A DNA stretch of 64,000 bases from Smithellaceae bacterium. Its GTDB lineage: Bacteria; Desulfobacterota; Syntrophia; Syntrophales; Smithellaceae. Shown here one piece after another: positions 40,257-50,130 of the stretch. Position 1 is the stretch's first letter, and every line of letters begins with the position of its first letter. Made by a program: the position numbers and the translations under genes. The stretch covers positions 570,801 through 634,800 of the forward strand of contig OY821638.1 of the NCBI GenBank assembly GCA_963682105.1, in the 5' to 3' direction. The notes beneath the pieces are model-generated. The model was given only the letters and a program-made list of their open reading frames with translations. It did no database searches and was not told the origin of the DNA.

Positions 40257-40431
40257 AACGACGATATCGCTAAAGATTTAACCCATGTTGAAGAGGTACC
40301 TGTGTTTAATGCCCGGATAAAGCAAATACGCCGTCGTCAGAAATGACTTTTACTAAAAATATTTTAGACAGCTTTCCTTCGTAAATTCAATATAAATTAT
40401 TTATTTTATTTGCAAAGGTTTTGTAACAACC

Positions 40432-41508
40432 ATGTATGATGCCACAACAGAAAGACGCCGCAATTCCGATCACGATAAAAGCATGGATATTTCGCTTTAT
40501 AAAAGCATTATGGAAACGATTGATCTGGGCATTGTCATTCTCGGCATTAAAAGAAGAGACCTCATCTTCAAGAACCGGTTTGCTTCCGAAATTTTCCAGC
40601 ACAATCCGAATCTTCTGGAATACCGAAATCTTCTGTCCTTGCTGTTGACGGACTATGGCAGCAAGCCTGAAGAAGAAATTTTTGGGAAAAATTACACACT
40701 CCGCTTTAAAAATCGTCTTCTGGGCTACACGCCATACATGATTTCCGAAAGCTTCATCATGATTATCATCCGCGACATTACGGAAAGAAGTCGTCTGGAA
40801 TCCATCGCGGAAGCCGTAAATTCAATGGATAACATCGGTTATGTTTTCTCCGGCATCCGGCACGAACTGGGCAATCCCATCAATTCCATAAAAATGACGT
40901 TGAGCGTGCTTAAACGAAACTTAAGCGAATATTCTCCGGCCGCCGTTGAAAAATTTGTCGACCGCGCTATGACGGAAATTTCGCGTGTTGAATTCCTGCT
41001 TCAGGCGCTGAAAAGCTTCAGCATCTTCGAAAATCCGGAAATTCAAACCGTTCAGATCGATGATTTTCTGACGCGTTTCATCGCCCTGATCAGCAATGAC
41101 TTACAGCAGTCCGGGATAAAGATCGGTAAAACGGTTGAATCAAACGTCAAGACCGTCAGTGCTGATCCCCGCCTGCTGCATCAGGTGATGATGAATCTGA
41201 TCACCAACGCCTCAGACGCTCTTACCGGTAAGGAAAACAGAAAGATCAACATCCGGGCGCTCAAACACGACGGTTTAGTCGCCATCGTTGTTGATGACAA
41301 CGGATGTGGAATGTCCAAAGAGGCTCAGGCCAACCTGTTTAAACCTTTTTTCACAACAAAGAATCGGGGAACAGGCCTGGGATTGATGATCACCCTGAAG
41401 ATGGTGACGCTCATGAAGGGCAACATGGAAATTAAAAGCATCAAAGACAAGGGAACGCGAGTAGCCGTCATTTTGCCCCTGGGAGCCAGGCCCAATGCTA
41501 AAAGTTAA
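40432..41508 (+). CDS. Cytoplasmic sensor histidine kinase (PAS-like + HisKA + HATPase_c)
   Basis: H box FSGIRHELGNPIN, N box MMNLITNASDA, G1 DDNGCGM and G2 GTGLGL are present, with no TM helices. The start is uncertain (alternative Met at 40483). Confidence 0.82.
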   Translation: MYDATTERRRNSDHDKSMDISLYKSIMETIDLGIVILGIKRRDLIFKNRFASEIFQHNPNLLEYRNLLSLLLTDYGSKPEEEIFGKNYTLRFKNRLLGYTPYMISESFIMIIIRDITERSRLESIAEAVNSMDNIGYVFSGIRHELGNPINSIKMTLSVLKRNLSEYSPAAVEKFVDRAMTEISRVEFLLQALKSFSIFENPEIQTVQIDDFLTRFIALISNDLQQSGIKIGKTVESNVKTVSADPRLLHQVMMNLITNASDALTGKENRKINIRALKHDGLVAIVVDDNGCGMSKEAQANLFKPFFTTKNRGTGLGLMITLKMVTLMKGNMEIKSIKDKGTRVAVILPLGARPNAKS

Positions 41509-42844
41509 AAGAAAAATTCTGATTATCGACGACAATGACATTTTTTGCGAATCCGTCAAAGACCTGCTTACTGATCAAAACACGGACATCCTAACCGCCA
41601 ACACGGGTAAAGACGGCCTGCAACTGTGCACTGAAAACAAAATTGACGTTGTTATTCTGGACCAGAAGCTTCCCGACACACAGGGTGTGACGTTGTGTCC
41701 TTCCATCCTGAAACAAAACGAACAGACCAAAATCATTTTTGTCACCGCTTACCCGAGCTTCGCCAATGCCATAGACGCCATCAAAGTCGGGGCGCACGAT
41801 TATCTTTCCAAACCTTTCGAAATGGCGGAACTGGAATTGACCATCAAGCAGGCTTTCCGCACGCAGGAACTGGAAAAAACCGAGCAGATTCAGAATTACC
41901 AGAATATCCGGGAAAGCGAGGAGAATGATCTGATAGCCGGCGAAGGCGCATTTGATGAGATCAAACGCATGATTAATCTGGCGGCTGACAGCGATGCGCC
42001 TGTTCTCATTACCGGAGAAACCGGAACAGGCAAGAACGTTGTGGCGCGTGCCATTCACTATAAAAGCTCGCTTCCGGCCAGGCTTTTCCTGACAGCCAAT
42101 TGCGCCGCCTTTCCGGAAAACCTCATCGAGGCGGAATTGTTCGGATCGGAAAAGGGAGCCTTCACCGGCGCCAGCGCGACCCGCAAAGGCATATTCGAAC
42201 TGGCTGAGGGAGGAACGCTGTTACTCGATGAAATCGGCTCAATGCCCATTCATCTGCAGTCCAAGCTTTTAGGCGTCCTGGAAGAAAAAAAAATCCGGCG
42301 CATCGGCAGTGAAACCGTTAAACCCATCAATGTTCGTGTCATTGCCGCGGCCAATAACGACCTGGAAGAAGCCACTAAGGACAAAACATTTCGAAACGAT
42401 CTCTATTACCGCCTCAGCGTGATTCGCATTCATCTCCCGCCGTTGCGCGAAAGAAAAGAAGACATCCCCAAACTGTGCGAATATTTCATAGCAAAAATGT
42501 CCCGCGATGTGAATGTTCACCTCTCCGATGCGGAGGTGTCCCGGCTTATGGACTATGAGTGGCCCGGAAACGTCCGTGAATTGAAAAACGTCATTGAGCG
42601 TTCGCTGATCATTCAGCGAGGTCAACCTCTTCGACCTTCCCTGCTTTTGCGAACCGGCGTCACGCCTGCGGCAAACGCTTCCGCCGGACAGGACGATGAT
42701 GAAATCGTACCTCTTGAAGACACGGAAAAAAAATGCATCAGCCAGGCTCTGAAAAAATATAACGGCAACTACTCCCAATCCGCCAGGGCGCTGGGTATTT
42801 CCCTTTCCACACTCAAAAGAAAAGTAAAATCCTATCATCTTTAA
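41495..42844 (+). CDS. Sigma-54-dependent response regulator (NtrC family: REC + AAA+ + Fis-type HTH)
   Basis: 449 aa. REC domain (ILIIDDN, VVILDQKLPD), Walker A GETGTGKN, sigma-54 contact loop GAFTGA, Walker B LLLDEIG, and a C-terminal HTH SQSARALGISLSTLKRK. It overlaps the kinase gene by 14 nt. Confidence 0.92.
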   Translation: MLKVKRKILIIDDNDIFCESVKDLLTDQNTDILTANTGKDGLQLCTENKIDVVILDQKLPDTQGVTLCPSILKQNEQTKIIFVTAYPSFANAIDAIKVGAHDYLSKPFEMAELELTIKQAFRTQELEKTEQIQNYQNIRESEENDLIAGEGAFDEIKRMINLAADSDAPVLITGETGTGKNVVARAIHYKSSLPARLFLTANCAAFPENLIEAELFGSEKGAFTGASATRKGIFELAEGGTLLLDEIGSMPIHLQSKLLGVLEEKKIRRIGSETVKPINVRVIAAANNDLEEATKDKTFRNDLYYRLSVIRIHLPPLRERKEDIPKLCEYFIAKMSRDVNVHLSDAEVSRLMDYEWPGNVRELKNVIERSLIIQRGQPLRPSLLLRTGVTPAANASAGQDDDEIVPLEDTEKKCISQALKKYNGNYSQSARALGISLSTLKRKVKSYHL

Positions 42845-42978
42845 AAAGCTGTTGTGATACAAATCGCCTTTTCGATCAAAATGAATCATTCAGCTTGAAC
42901 GTAAACCAGGGAAATTGTTTCCAGATATCCAACACAAGTAATTGATATAACTCATTTACACAAAATACATTATTATTT

Positions 42979-42994
42979 GGGCACACCCTTTGCT
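42979..42994 (+). promoter_or_regulatory. Sigma-54 promoter (GGGCAC-N5-TTGCT)
   Basis: tGGGCACaccctTTGCTt has the GG and GC dinucleotides at canonical spacing. It lies 135 bp downstream of the NtrC-type gene and about 95 bp upstream of the REC gene ATG. Confidence 0.65.
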
Positions 42995-43089
42995 TGGTTG
43001 TCTTAGAATCGTCTATTCATTAAGACTTAAGCGATTTGGGGATTTCCTTAAAAAAGACTGAAGTTCTAAAAGAAGATAAGTTGAATGAG

Positions 43090-43542
43090 ATGGCACAGGA
43101 AAAAAACGATGTATTAACAACCGAAACCGTGAAAAGCCCGAAATACCATCGAAAAGATTCTGGTATTCTGGAAGTTTTAATTGTCGATGATGAAGAAACG
43201 CTTCTTTTAAGTATAGACGACGGTTTAAGCATTTATAAGCAATATTTCACACTCCTGACGGCCACAAACGGCGTTGATGCAGTGAATCTGCTGAAATCAA
43301 AAATGTCGATTGACCTGGTCATTACAGATCTTAAGATGCCCAGAATGGATGGTTTTGAACTTCTAACGTACATACAAAGAAACTTTCCCCATATTCCCGT
43401 TATTCTCATGACGGCTTACGGTACGCCTAAAATTGAGGAAATTGTCAAAACGATGGGGATTTACGGTTACCTGGAAAAACCACTGGACATCAATACGATT
43501 GCAGAAACTATTTTTGAGGCATTGAAGATAAAAATTCATTGA
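43090..43542 (+). CDS. Single-domain response regulator (receiver only)
   Basis: Start at MAQEKND; the track ORF starts at TTG 43036. The receiver has the acidic pocket VDDEE, phospho-acceptor VITDLKMP, plus MTAYG and EKP, and there is no output domain. Confidence 0.8.
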   Translation: MAQEKNDVLTTETVKSPKYHRKDSGILEVLIVDDEETLLLSIDDGLSIYKQYFTLLTATNGVDAVNLLKSKMSIDLVITDLKMPRMDGFELLTYIQRNFPHIPVILMTAYGTPKIEEIVKTMGIYGYLEKPLDINTIAETIFEALKIKIH

Positions 43543-43573
43543 TATCAGGCCCCAAAAATAAAAGGGATATTTC

Positions 43574-46174
43574 ATGGCGAAGATTGGTCATTTTAATAAA
43601 AACACTCAAAAAGAGGAACTTTCAGAAGCGCCTCAGGTCGAGGAACTCTTAAAGAATCTTGAGTTTCACAAAGCCATTCAGAGCATTACCAGCCGCATCA
43701 GCACCGCACCAACCCTTCGCGATATTTTAGTCGATATCAAAGAAGACATCCGCAATCTGTTCAATATCCACATCCTGACCATCTACCTGATTGATAAAAG
43801 CAGGAAGGAAATTTTTACAATCCGGAATGACGGCAGCGAAATCCGCTTCCCTGTCAACAATTCAACGCTGGCCGGTTATGTCACCCAAAAGAAACGGATG
43901 CTTCATATTGCCGATGCCTATAATGAACGGGAAATTCGAAAAATTCACGATCTTCTCGCCATAGACCGGACTCTGGATAAAAAGACGGGCATCCTGACGG
44001 GTCAGGTCATCGCCAGTCCCATCATGCGCGACAATCTTATCCTCGGCGTCATGGAAATTATGAACAAAAAGGGCGGCGATAACATCGATGATTATAATCA
44101 GATTTTTCTCGACGAAATTACAGGCGCTCTGGCCAAAGCCTTTTTCATGCACCTGAACTTGACCGAAGCCAAACAAATGTACGGCGCAAAATATGACTGG
44201 CTGATCAAGAACGGCGTGATCACCGCTGATCAGATGGACAACGTTATCAGAGAAATCAGCGAAAACGCAGAAGATATCTCATCTGTTCTTTTAGACAGTT
44301 ATCATGTCTCAAAAACCGACATCGGCAGGGCTCTGGCATCCTACTACTCCTGCCAGTTCGTACCATACAGCGACGACATGCCCATCCCACGCGACCTGCT
44401 GATCGGCATTGAGAAATACACGCTGATCAACATGCTGTGGGTCCCGATTAAAGTCGTCAAGGGAAAAATCCATGTGGCAATGGATGACCCTTCCGATCAG
44501 ATCCGGAAAAACAAAATAGAAGATATTCTGGAGACTAAATCCATTCAGTATGATGTGGCCATCGCCTCCGACATTTTGCGTTATATCAACCGTTTTTATT
44601 ATTCAGACGAAGAGGACGTCCCACCGCGTCAGAAATTTGAAATCCCGGCTCCGCAAAAACAGTTCACTTTGAGTCCTGTTTCTCTCAAACCCGATGAGAA
44701 CAAAGAAATCGTCTGCAGTGAAGAATTAACAGCTCCGCAACGATTAAAACCGGTTGTACTGGAGCCGTCAGGCGAGTTATCCGAGGAAGTTGCCACCCGG
44801 GGAATGAAAACAAGACAAGCCTCCTTATCATCAGGGGATGCGGTGAAACTTCTTGTTACACACACACATGAATTACCCAACCAACCCGAAAAACGAAAAT
44901 TTCCGGATATTGACTCTCTGTCTGAAATCAAAAACCATGCTCTGCCAAAACCATCCAATGTCGTCAGTCTGCCGGAAGGCCAGATGCCTCAGCCTCTGAC
45001 CAGCATCATTAACAATGCCTGCAGCCGTCGAGCCTCCGATATACACCTGGAACCGGATTCGGCCACGGGCCGGGTAACACTGCGCGTGCGAATCGACGGA
45101 CAGTTTTCAATTCTTCAGACGCTGTCTCCTTCTGAATACGAAACCTTGACCACGCAAGTAAAAACCCTGGCCAATCTCGACAACCAGAACACCTCTATCA
45201 TTCAAAACGGCCAACTGAGCCTGAAAAGACCTTCAGGAGATGAACTCCACATGAGGGTTTCTTTTATTCCAACCCGCTCCGGTATGGAAGACACGGTTAT
45301 CCATCTTTCAACCAGACTGAAAAAAATACCGCTGGAGCTTTTGGGTTTGTCGGAAAATAGTTATACGGACATGGTGAATATTCTGCGTCAGCCCAGAGGG
45401 TTGATCCTGATTACAGGCCCCGCTGATTCAGGTATAACCACAACGCTTCATGCGTGTCTTGATAACATCAACACACCTGAGATTAAAATCTGGACGGCGG
45501 AGGAACCGATAGAGATTGTACAGACCGGATTGCGGCAGGTTCAGATCGCCCCGCACAAAGGATTTGACTTTACAACGGTCCTGAATTCATTCCTGATGGC
45601 AGATCCGGACGTCATCATGGCCAGCCGGATCGATAACCAAACCACGGCCAAGCTCTGCATGAAGGCGGCCGTCAAAGGATGTCTCGTTCTGGGATCACTG
45701 TGGACGGAAAACATTCAGGATACCATCGACCGATGTCTGGACATGGAAACAGGCCATCTTTTATTTGCCGACGCCATGCTGGCTGTGGTTCAGCAAAGAC
45801 TGATCAAAACCCTCTGTCCGAAATGCAAGGAAAAATACCGTCCCAGCCCTGAAGAATATGAGGAGCTTGCTCAGATTTACGGGCAAGAAGATTTCGAAAA
45901 ACTCAACCTGCCCTATTCCAACGCCTTCAGTCTTTTCCGTCCCAAAGGTTGCCCTGATTGCGGACAGACGGGATATATGGGCAGGATGAGCGTTTCCGAA
46001 ACCCTGATTTTCACGTCTCAGATTAAACGAATGATCCGACGGAAAGAATCCTCCCTGCTGGTCTATCAGGCGGCGGTTACGTCGGGAATGACCACCCTGA
46101 TGCAGGACGGCATTAATAAAGTTATACAGGGATACAGCGACAGCAGGCATGTGAGACTGACTTGCCTGAGATAG
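43574..46174 (+). CDS. GAF + T2SSE_N + GspE/PilB-like protein with degenerate ATPase motifs (predicted pseudo-ATPase)
   Basis: 866 aa with the same architecture as the 29351-31651 product. The Walker A equivalent is GPADSGITT (45416-45442, Lys to Ile), Walker B is DPDVIMASRIDN (Glu lost) and the His box is KGCLVLGSLWTEN (both His lost). The tetracysteine CPKC...CPDC is retained, and the linker is about 130 aa of low-complexity sequence. Confidence 0.82.
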   Translation: MAKIGHFNKNTQKEELSEAPQVEELLKNLEFHKAIQSITSRISTAPTLRDILVDIKEDIRNLFNIHILTIYLIDKSRKEIFTIRNDGSEIRFPVNNSTLAGYVTQKKRMLHIADAYNEREIRKIHDLLAIDRTLDKKTGILTGQVIASPIMRDNLILGVMEIMNKKGGDNIDDYNQIFLDEITGALAKAFFMHLNLTEAKQMYGAKYDWLIKNGVITADQMDNVIREISENAEDISSVLLDSYHVSKTDIGRALASYYSCQFVPYSDDMPIPRDLLIGIEKYTLINMLWVPIKVVKGKIHVAMDDPSDQIRKNKIEDILETKSIQYDVAIASDILRYINRFYYSDEEDVPPRQKFEIPAPQKQFTLSPVSLKPDENKEIVCSEELTAPQRLKPVVLEPSGELSEEVATRGMKTRQASLSSGDAVKLLVTHTHELPNQPEKRKFPDIDSLSEIKNHALPKPSNVVSLPEGQMPQPLTSIINNACSRRASDIHLEPDSATGRVTLRVRIDGQFSILQTLSPSEYETLTTQVKTLANLDNQNTSIIQNGQLSLKRPSGDELHMRVSFIPTRSGMEDTVIHLSTRLKKIPLELLGLSENSYTDMVNILRQPRGLILITGPADSGITTTLHACLDNINTPEIKIWTAEEPIEIVQTGLRQVQIAPHKGFDFTTVLNSFLMADPDVIMASRIDNQTTAKLCMKAAVKGCLVLGSLWTENIQDTIDRCLDMETGHLLFADAMLAVVQQRLIKTLCPKCKEKYRPSPEEYEELAQIYGQEDFEKLNLPYSNAFSLFRPKGCPDCGQTGYMGRMSVSETLIFTSQIKRMIRRKESSLLVYQAAVTSGMTTLMQDGINKVIQGYSDSRHVRLTCLR

Positions 46175-46177
46175 GAA

Positions 46178-48805
46178 TCAGGACAACTTATCTTTCAGCT
46201 CGCTCAGTTTGTTGAGCGCGGTAAGCGGCGTCATGGATGAAATATCCAGTGCACGCAGTTCATCAAGAACGGCGTCGTCGCTTTCGACAAAGAGGCTGAG
46301 TTGAGAATTGCCCTTCGGGGACGCTGTTTTTCCACGGGCAATGCGCGGCATGCCGATCTCGTCGAACTCGCCTTTTTCCAGATTACGCAGAATTTCTTTG
46401 GCCCGGCCAATCACGCCTTCCGGAACGCCGGCTATGCGCGCCACTTCGATGCCATAACTGCGGCTGGCTCCGCCTTCCATGATTTTTCTAAGGAATATAA
46501 TTTTTTCGCCCCATTCCTTCACCGCGATGTTGTAATTTTTAACCCCTTCTTTTGCCGCAGCCAGATCCGTCAGTTGATGGTAGTGAGTCGCAAAAAGGCT
46601 TCTGACGCCTTTACCCTGCAGATCATGAAGATACTCCGCCACCGCCCAGGCAATGCTCAACCCGTCAAAAGTGGAGGTTCCCCGGCCCACTTCATCCAGA
46701 ATCACAAGGCTTTGCGACGTCGCTTCAGAAAGGATTTGCGCCGTTTCCATCATTTCCACCATGAACGTGCTCTGGCCTTTCACCAGGCTGTCCGATGCGC
46801 CGATGCGGGTGAAGATTTTATCGACGACACCGATGCGGGCATGCGCCGCCGGAACAAAACCGCCCATCTGCGCCATCAGGACAATCAGGGCAATCTGCCG
46901 GATATAGGTTGATTTCCCGGCCATGTTCGGTCCGGTGATCACCAGCAGTCGATTGCCCTGTAAATCCAGCAGGCAATCGTTGGGAACAAAACCTTCTTTT
47001 TTCAGCGCCGCCTCCACGACGGGATGGCGGCCGTCCTGAATGGAAATAACATCTTCCTCATCGATTTCCGGGCAGGTGAAGGAATATTTCTCGGCAACCT
47101 CCGCCAGCGCACAGAAGGCGTCCAGTTCGGCCACCAGAAAAGCATTGCGTTGAATATCCGGGATGTAGGGAAGCAGGTCATCGCGCAGTTTATTAAATAG
47201 TTCGTTCTCCCTGATGCCGATCTTTTCTTCAGCTCCTAAAACCGTCTGTTCAAACTCTTTCAATTCCTGATTGATGTAACGTTCTGCGTTGACCAGGGTC
47301 TGCTTGCGCACATAGGAATCCGGAACGGCGGCGGCATTGGCTTTGGTCACTTCAATGTAGTATCCGAAGACATTGTTGAAACCGACTTTCAACGAACTGA
47401 TGCCTGTGGCCTGTCTTTCTTTGGCCTCCAGTGACGCGATCCATTTTTTCCCGTCACGGCTGATCGAACGCAATCGATCGAGTTCTTCATCAAATCCAGC
47501 GGCGATAAATCCTCCGTCCAGCATTCTGGCGGGCGGATCGGCCACAATGGCGCGGGTAAGCAAATCCGCCAGTTGCGCCATGTCAACAATATCGCGGCGG
47601 ATCAACCCAAGAGACGGCGCCGTAAAATCCGTCAGCATGGACTGCAACTGAGGCAATACCTCCAGGGATACCTTGAGCGCAATCAAATCACGGGGTGAGG
47701 CAATTTTCAGCGCCACACGTCCGGCCAGTCTTTCCAAATCGTAAATGCGCGCAAGCGTTTTGCGCAGATGAGACCGGACAGAGTGATTGTCTTTAATCTC
47801 TGCAACGGCCGCCAGACGGGCTCTTATCTTTTCAGGCGAGATCAGCGGATATCCCATCCACCAGTGCAGGCGTCTGGCCCCCATCGGCGTCAGCGTCTCA
47901 TTCATCAGATGAAACAGAGAACCGGCGCGGGCTCCGTCCGAAATCGTGGCAAATATTTCCAGGTTACGCCGGGCGGTATCGTCCAGAATCAGATAATTGC
48001 GGGGCGAGTACCACTTGATTTCAGAAATATGAGAGGCTTTCACCATCTGAGTGGAATTGACATATCCGAGTATGACGGCGGCGGCGGTTTGAGCCGCCTG
48101 AAAATTTCCGATCTTCGATTTTACCAGCACATCGGCGGCGAGTTCACGGCGCAGTATTTCATCCGCCCGTTCGGATTCAAATGCGGCGTCGTCAATGTAA
48201 TTTATGCGCCCCGCCTGCATGTTTGCCTCCAGCATTTTGAGAAGCAAGGGATCAGAAAATGTTTTTTTGATCAGCAGTTCCTTGAAATCCAGCCCGCTTA
48301 CGGCGGCCAGCAGCGCTTCACGGCTCGGAAATTCTCCGACCTGAAACTCTCCGGTGGATATGTCTAAAAAAGCCAGCCCCAGCATGTCACGTCCGCCGTG
48401 AATAGCGGCCAGATAATTATTTTCACCGGCTTTGAGATTTTCCTCATCCGTCACCAGGCCGGGCGTAATGACGCGGATGACATCGCGCTTCACGATGCCT
48501 TTGGCGCTTTTGGGGTCTTCCACCTGCTCGCAGATCGCTACTTTGAACCCCTTTTCCACAAGCTTTGTGACATAGCCCGCGGCTGCATGGTATGGAAAAC
48601 CGCACAGCGGCACGGCATCTTCTTTGGATTTGTTGCGTGATGTAAGTGTGATTTCCAGAATAGGCGCAGCCGTCAGGGCGTCTTCAAAAAACATCTCATA
48701 GAAATCGCCCATACGGTAAAACAGGATACAGTCGGGATATTTTTCCTTGATCTCAACATACTGCTTCATGGCAGGGGTGAGATTCAGCGTCGCATCTACC
48801 GCCAT
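46178..48805 (-). CDS. mutS: DNA mismatch repair protein MutS
   Basis: 875 aa with the N-terminal mismatch-binding motif (TPAMKQY...GDFYEMFFEDA), Walker A GPNMAGKST, and DEVGRGTSTFDG. Confidence 0.94.
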   Translation of the reverse strand: MAVDATLNLTPAMKQYVEIKEKYPDCILFYRMGDFYEMFFEDALTAAPILEITLTSRNKSKEDAVPLCGFPYHAAAGYVTKLVEKGFKVAICEQVEDPKSAKGIVKRDVIRVITPGLVTDEENLKAGENNYLAAIHGGRDMLGLAFLDISTGEFQVGEFPSREALLAAVSGLDFKELLIKKTFSDPLLLKMLEANMQAGRINYIDDAAFESERADEILRRELAADVLVKSKIGNFQAAQTAAAVILGYVNSTQMVKASHISEIKWYSPRNYLILDDTARRNLEIFATISDGARAGSLFHLMNETLTPMGARRLHWWMGYPLISPEKIRARLAAVAEIKDNHSVRSHLRKTLARIYDLERLAGRVALKIASPRDLIALKVSLEVLPQLQSMLTDFTAPSLGLIRRDIVDMAQLADLLTRAIVADPPARMLDGGFIAAGFDEELDRLRSISRDGKKWIASLEAKERQATGISSLKVGFNNVFGYYIEVTKANAAAVPDSYVRKQTLVNAERYINQELKEFEQTVLGAEEKIGIRENELFNKLRDDLLPYIPDIQRNAFLVAELDAFCALAEVAEKYSFTCPEIDEEDVISIQDGRHPVVEAALKKEGFVPNDCLLDLQGNRLLVITGPNMAGKSTYIRQIALIVLMAQMGGFVPAAHARIGVVDKIFTRIGASDSLVKGQSTFMVEMMETAQILSEATSQSLVILDEVGRGTSTFDGLSIAWAVAEYLHDLQGKGVRSLFATHYHQLTDLAAAKEGVKNYNIAVKEWGEKIIFLRKIMEGGASRSYGIEVARIAGVPEGVIGRAKEILRNLEKGEFDEIGMPRIARGKTASPKGNSQLSLFVESDDAVLDELRALDISSMTPLTALNKLSELKDKLS

Positions 48806-49239
48806 TTCCCGTCATCTCCCCGCTCCAGATCGATGACATCCGGTTTCTTTTTCGGACGTTGTTCATCATTGGGCACATTGATGAACCGATTGGCAATCCA
48901 ACTGACAATGCTGATGATCAGGGCGCCTGAAAACGCCCAGAAGAATCCGTCCACATCAAACCCCGGAACGAAATAAGCCACCAGAAGCAACAACATAGCA
49001 TTGAGAATAAACGCAAAAATCCCCAGTGTCAGAATGGTCAGAGGCAAGGTCAGAATCAGGAGCACGGGACGCAGAAACACATTGAACAGTCCCAGAATGG
49101 CTGCGGCCATAATCGCCGTCTTCAGGGAATCCACGTGGATGCCGCTCAAAACGCTTGAAGCTACCAGGATGGCGACGGTAATCACCAGCCAGCGGGTTAA
49201 AAGAAGAATAATATACCTTCCTTTGAAAATCGATTTCAT
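48796..49239 (-). CDS. DUF360 / phage-holin-4-like membrane protein
   Basis: 147 aa with 4 TM helices in a typical YvlD-like pattern. It overlaps the mutS start by 10 nt. Confidence 0.65.
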   Translation of the reverse strand: MKSIFKGRYIILLLTRWLVITVAILVASSVLSGIHVDSLKTAIMAAAILGLFNVFLRPVLLILTLPLTILTLGIFAFILNAMLLLLVAYFVPGFDVDGFFWAFSGALIISIVSWIANRFINVPNDEQRPKKKPDVIDLERGDDGKWR

Positions 49240-49243
49240 AAAC

Positions 49244-50092
49244 TTAGTAGGTTTTATCGCCGGCTATGGTTTTTTGAGACTTCAGGAATATCCAGGTCAC
49301 GCTGAAGCCCCCCATCCATGATGTGTTTGTTTTCACCAGAGGACTGTCTTCAAATACGGCGCCCTGCAAAAAATCCGCGCTGACAAATGTATTAAAAATG
49401 AATTGTTTATAGGCTTTAGTTAAGCCTGCCGTGAGCGTTGTTCCACTGTAACCGGCGCCCGGTGTATAAGCGGGACGGTTCATCGCGGCATACTCGTTTG
49501 CAACTTCATAGTAATAGTTATGGTAACCGCGGTCGGCAAACATGGGTCCGGCTGAAACGCCCAGATGCAGTCCTGTGCCGGGGATCACGTCACTTTTTTC
49601 GAAATTTACGCGGGGACTGAAAACAAAACCCTCGTAGCGGACCGAGCGGAAATCCGTTGAAAAAACGGCCCGCACGGGCAAAGCCACGCCCAGTTTATAC
49701 TTATAATCTGTTGAATCCAATATTTTAATACGCAGCGCAGGACCTAATTCGAAGGTCGGGTCCAAATCCGGCATGCCACGGCGCGCATCATTGTCATCAC
49801 TGCGCACCGGCACGGCCCCATACCCGCTGGCGTCGAGCAGTACACGATCCGTTGAAAACAACCTTGCGGATATTCTCTTATCTTCCATTCTGAAGATGTT
49901 GCCGCGATATACCGCATAAGGATAAGGCAGAGCATAGAAACGGGTCTTATCCGAACCTCGATAATCAGGCATCGCAAGAAAGCCCGCGCCCACACCAATC
50001 TCCCACAGAGGCTTTTCTTCACAAAAAGCTTTCAGCGGAAGCAGGAGCATCACGGCCGCAAGCAGCAAAATAATGGTGCGTTTAATCATCAT
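49244..50092 (-). CDS. MipA/OmpV-family outer membrane protein
   Basis: 282 aa with a signal peptide, a PLWEIGVGAG...PDYRGSD motif, an alternating beta-strand pattern and a C-terminal aromatic residue. Confidence 0.72.
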   Translation of the reverse strand: MMIKRTIILLLAAVMLLLPLKAFCEEKPLWEIGVGAGFLAMPDYRGSDKTRFYALPYPYAVYRGNIFRMEDKRISARLFSTDRVLLDASGYGAVPVRSDDNDARRGMPDLDPTFELGPALRIKILDSTDYKYKLGVALPVRAVFSTDFRSVRYEGFVFSPRVNFEKSDVIPGTGLHLGVSAGPMFADRGYHNYYYEVANEYAAMNRPAYTPGAGYSGTTLTAGLTKAYKQFIFNTFVSADFLQGAVFEDSPLVKTNTSWMGGFSVTWIFLKSQKTIAGDKTY

Positions 50093-50130
50093 AACCTCTT
50101 CCGATCCGGTGTGACTGACAACAAACGGGT

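Noticed and set aside
42964-42974. Shared 11-mer AATACATTATT upstream of the sigma-54 promoters at 42979 and 61366 (second copy at 61329-61339)
   Set aside because: The distance to the -24 element differs (5 bp against 27 bp) and the sequence is simple AT-rich DNA. It could be an IHF-type bend site or mere coincidence, and the evidence is insufficient.
46175-46177. 3-bp gap between the convergent stops of the pseudo-ATPase gene and mutS, with no terminator
   Set aside because: This is unusual-looking, but convergent genes without intrinsic terminators are common, and no structure could be assigned.
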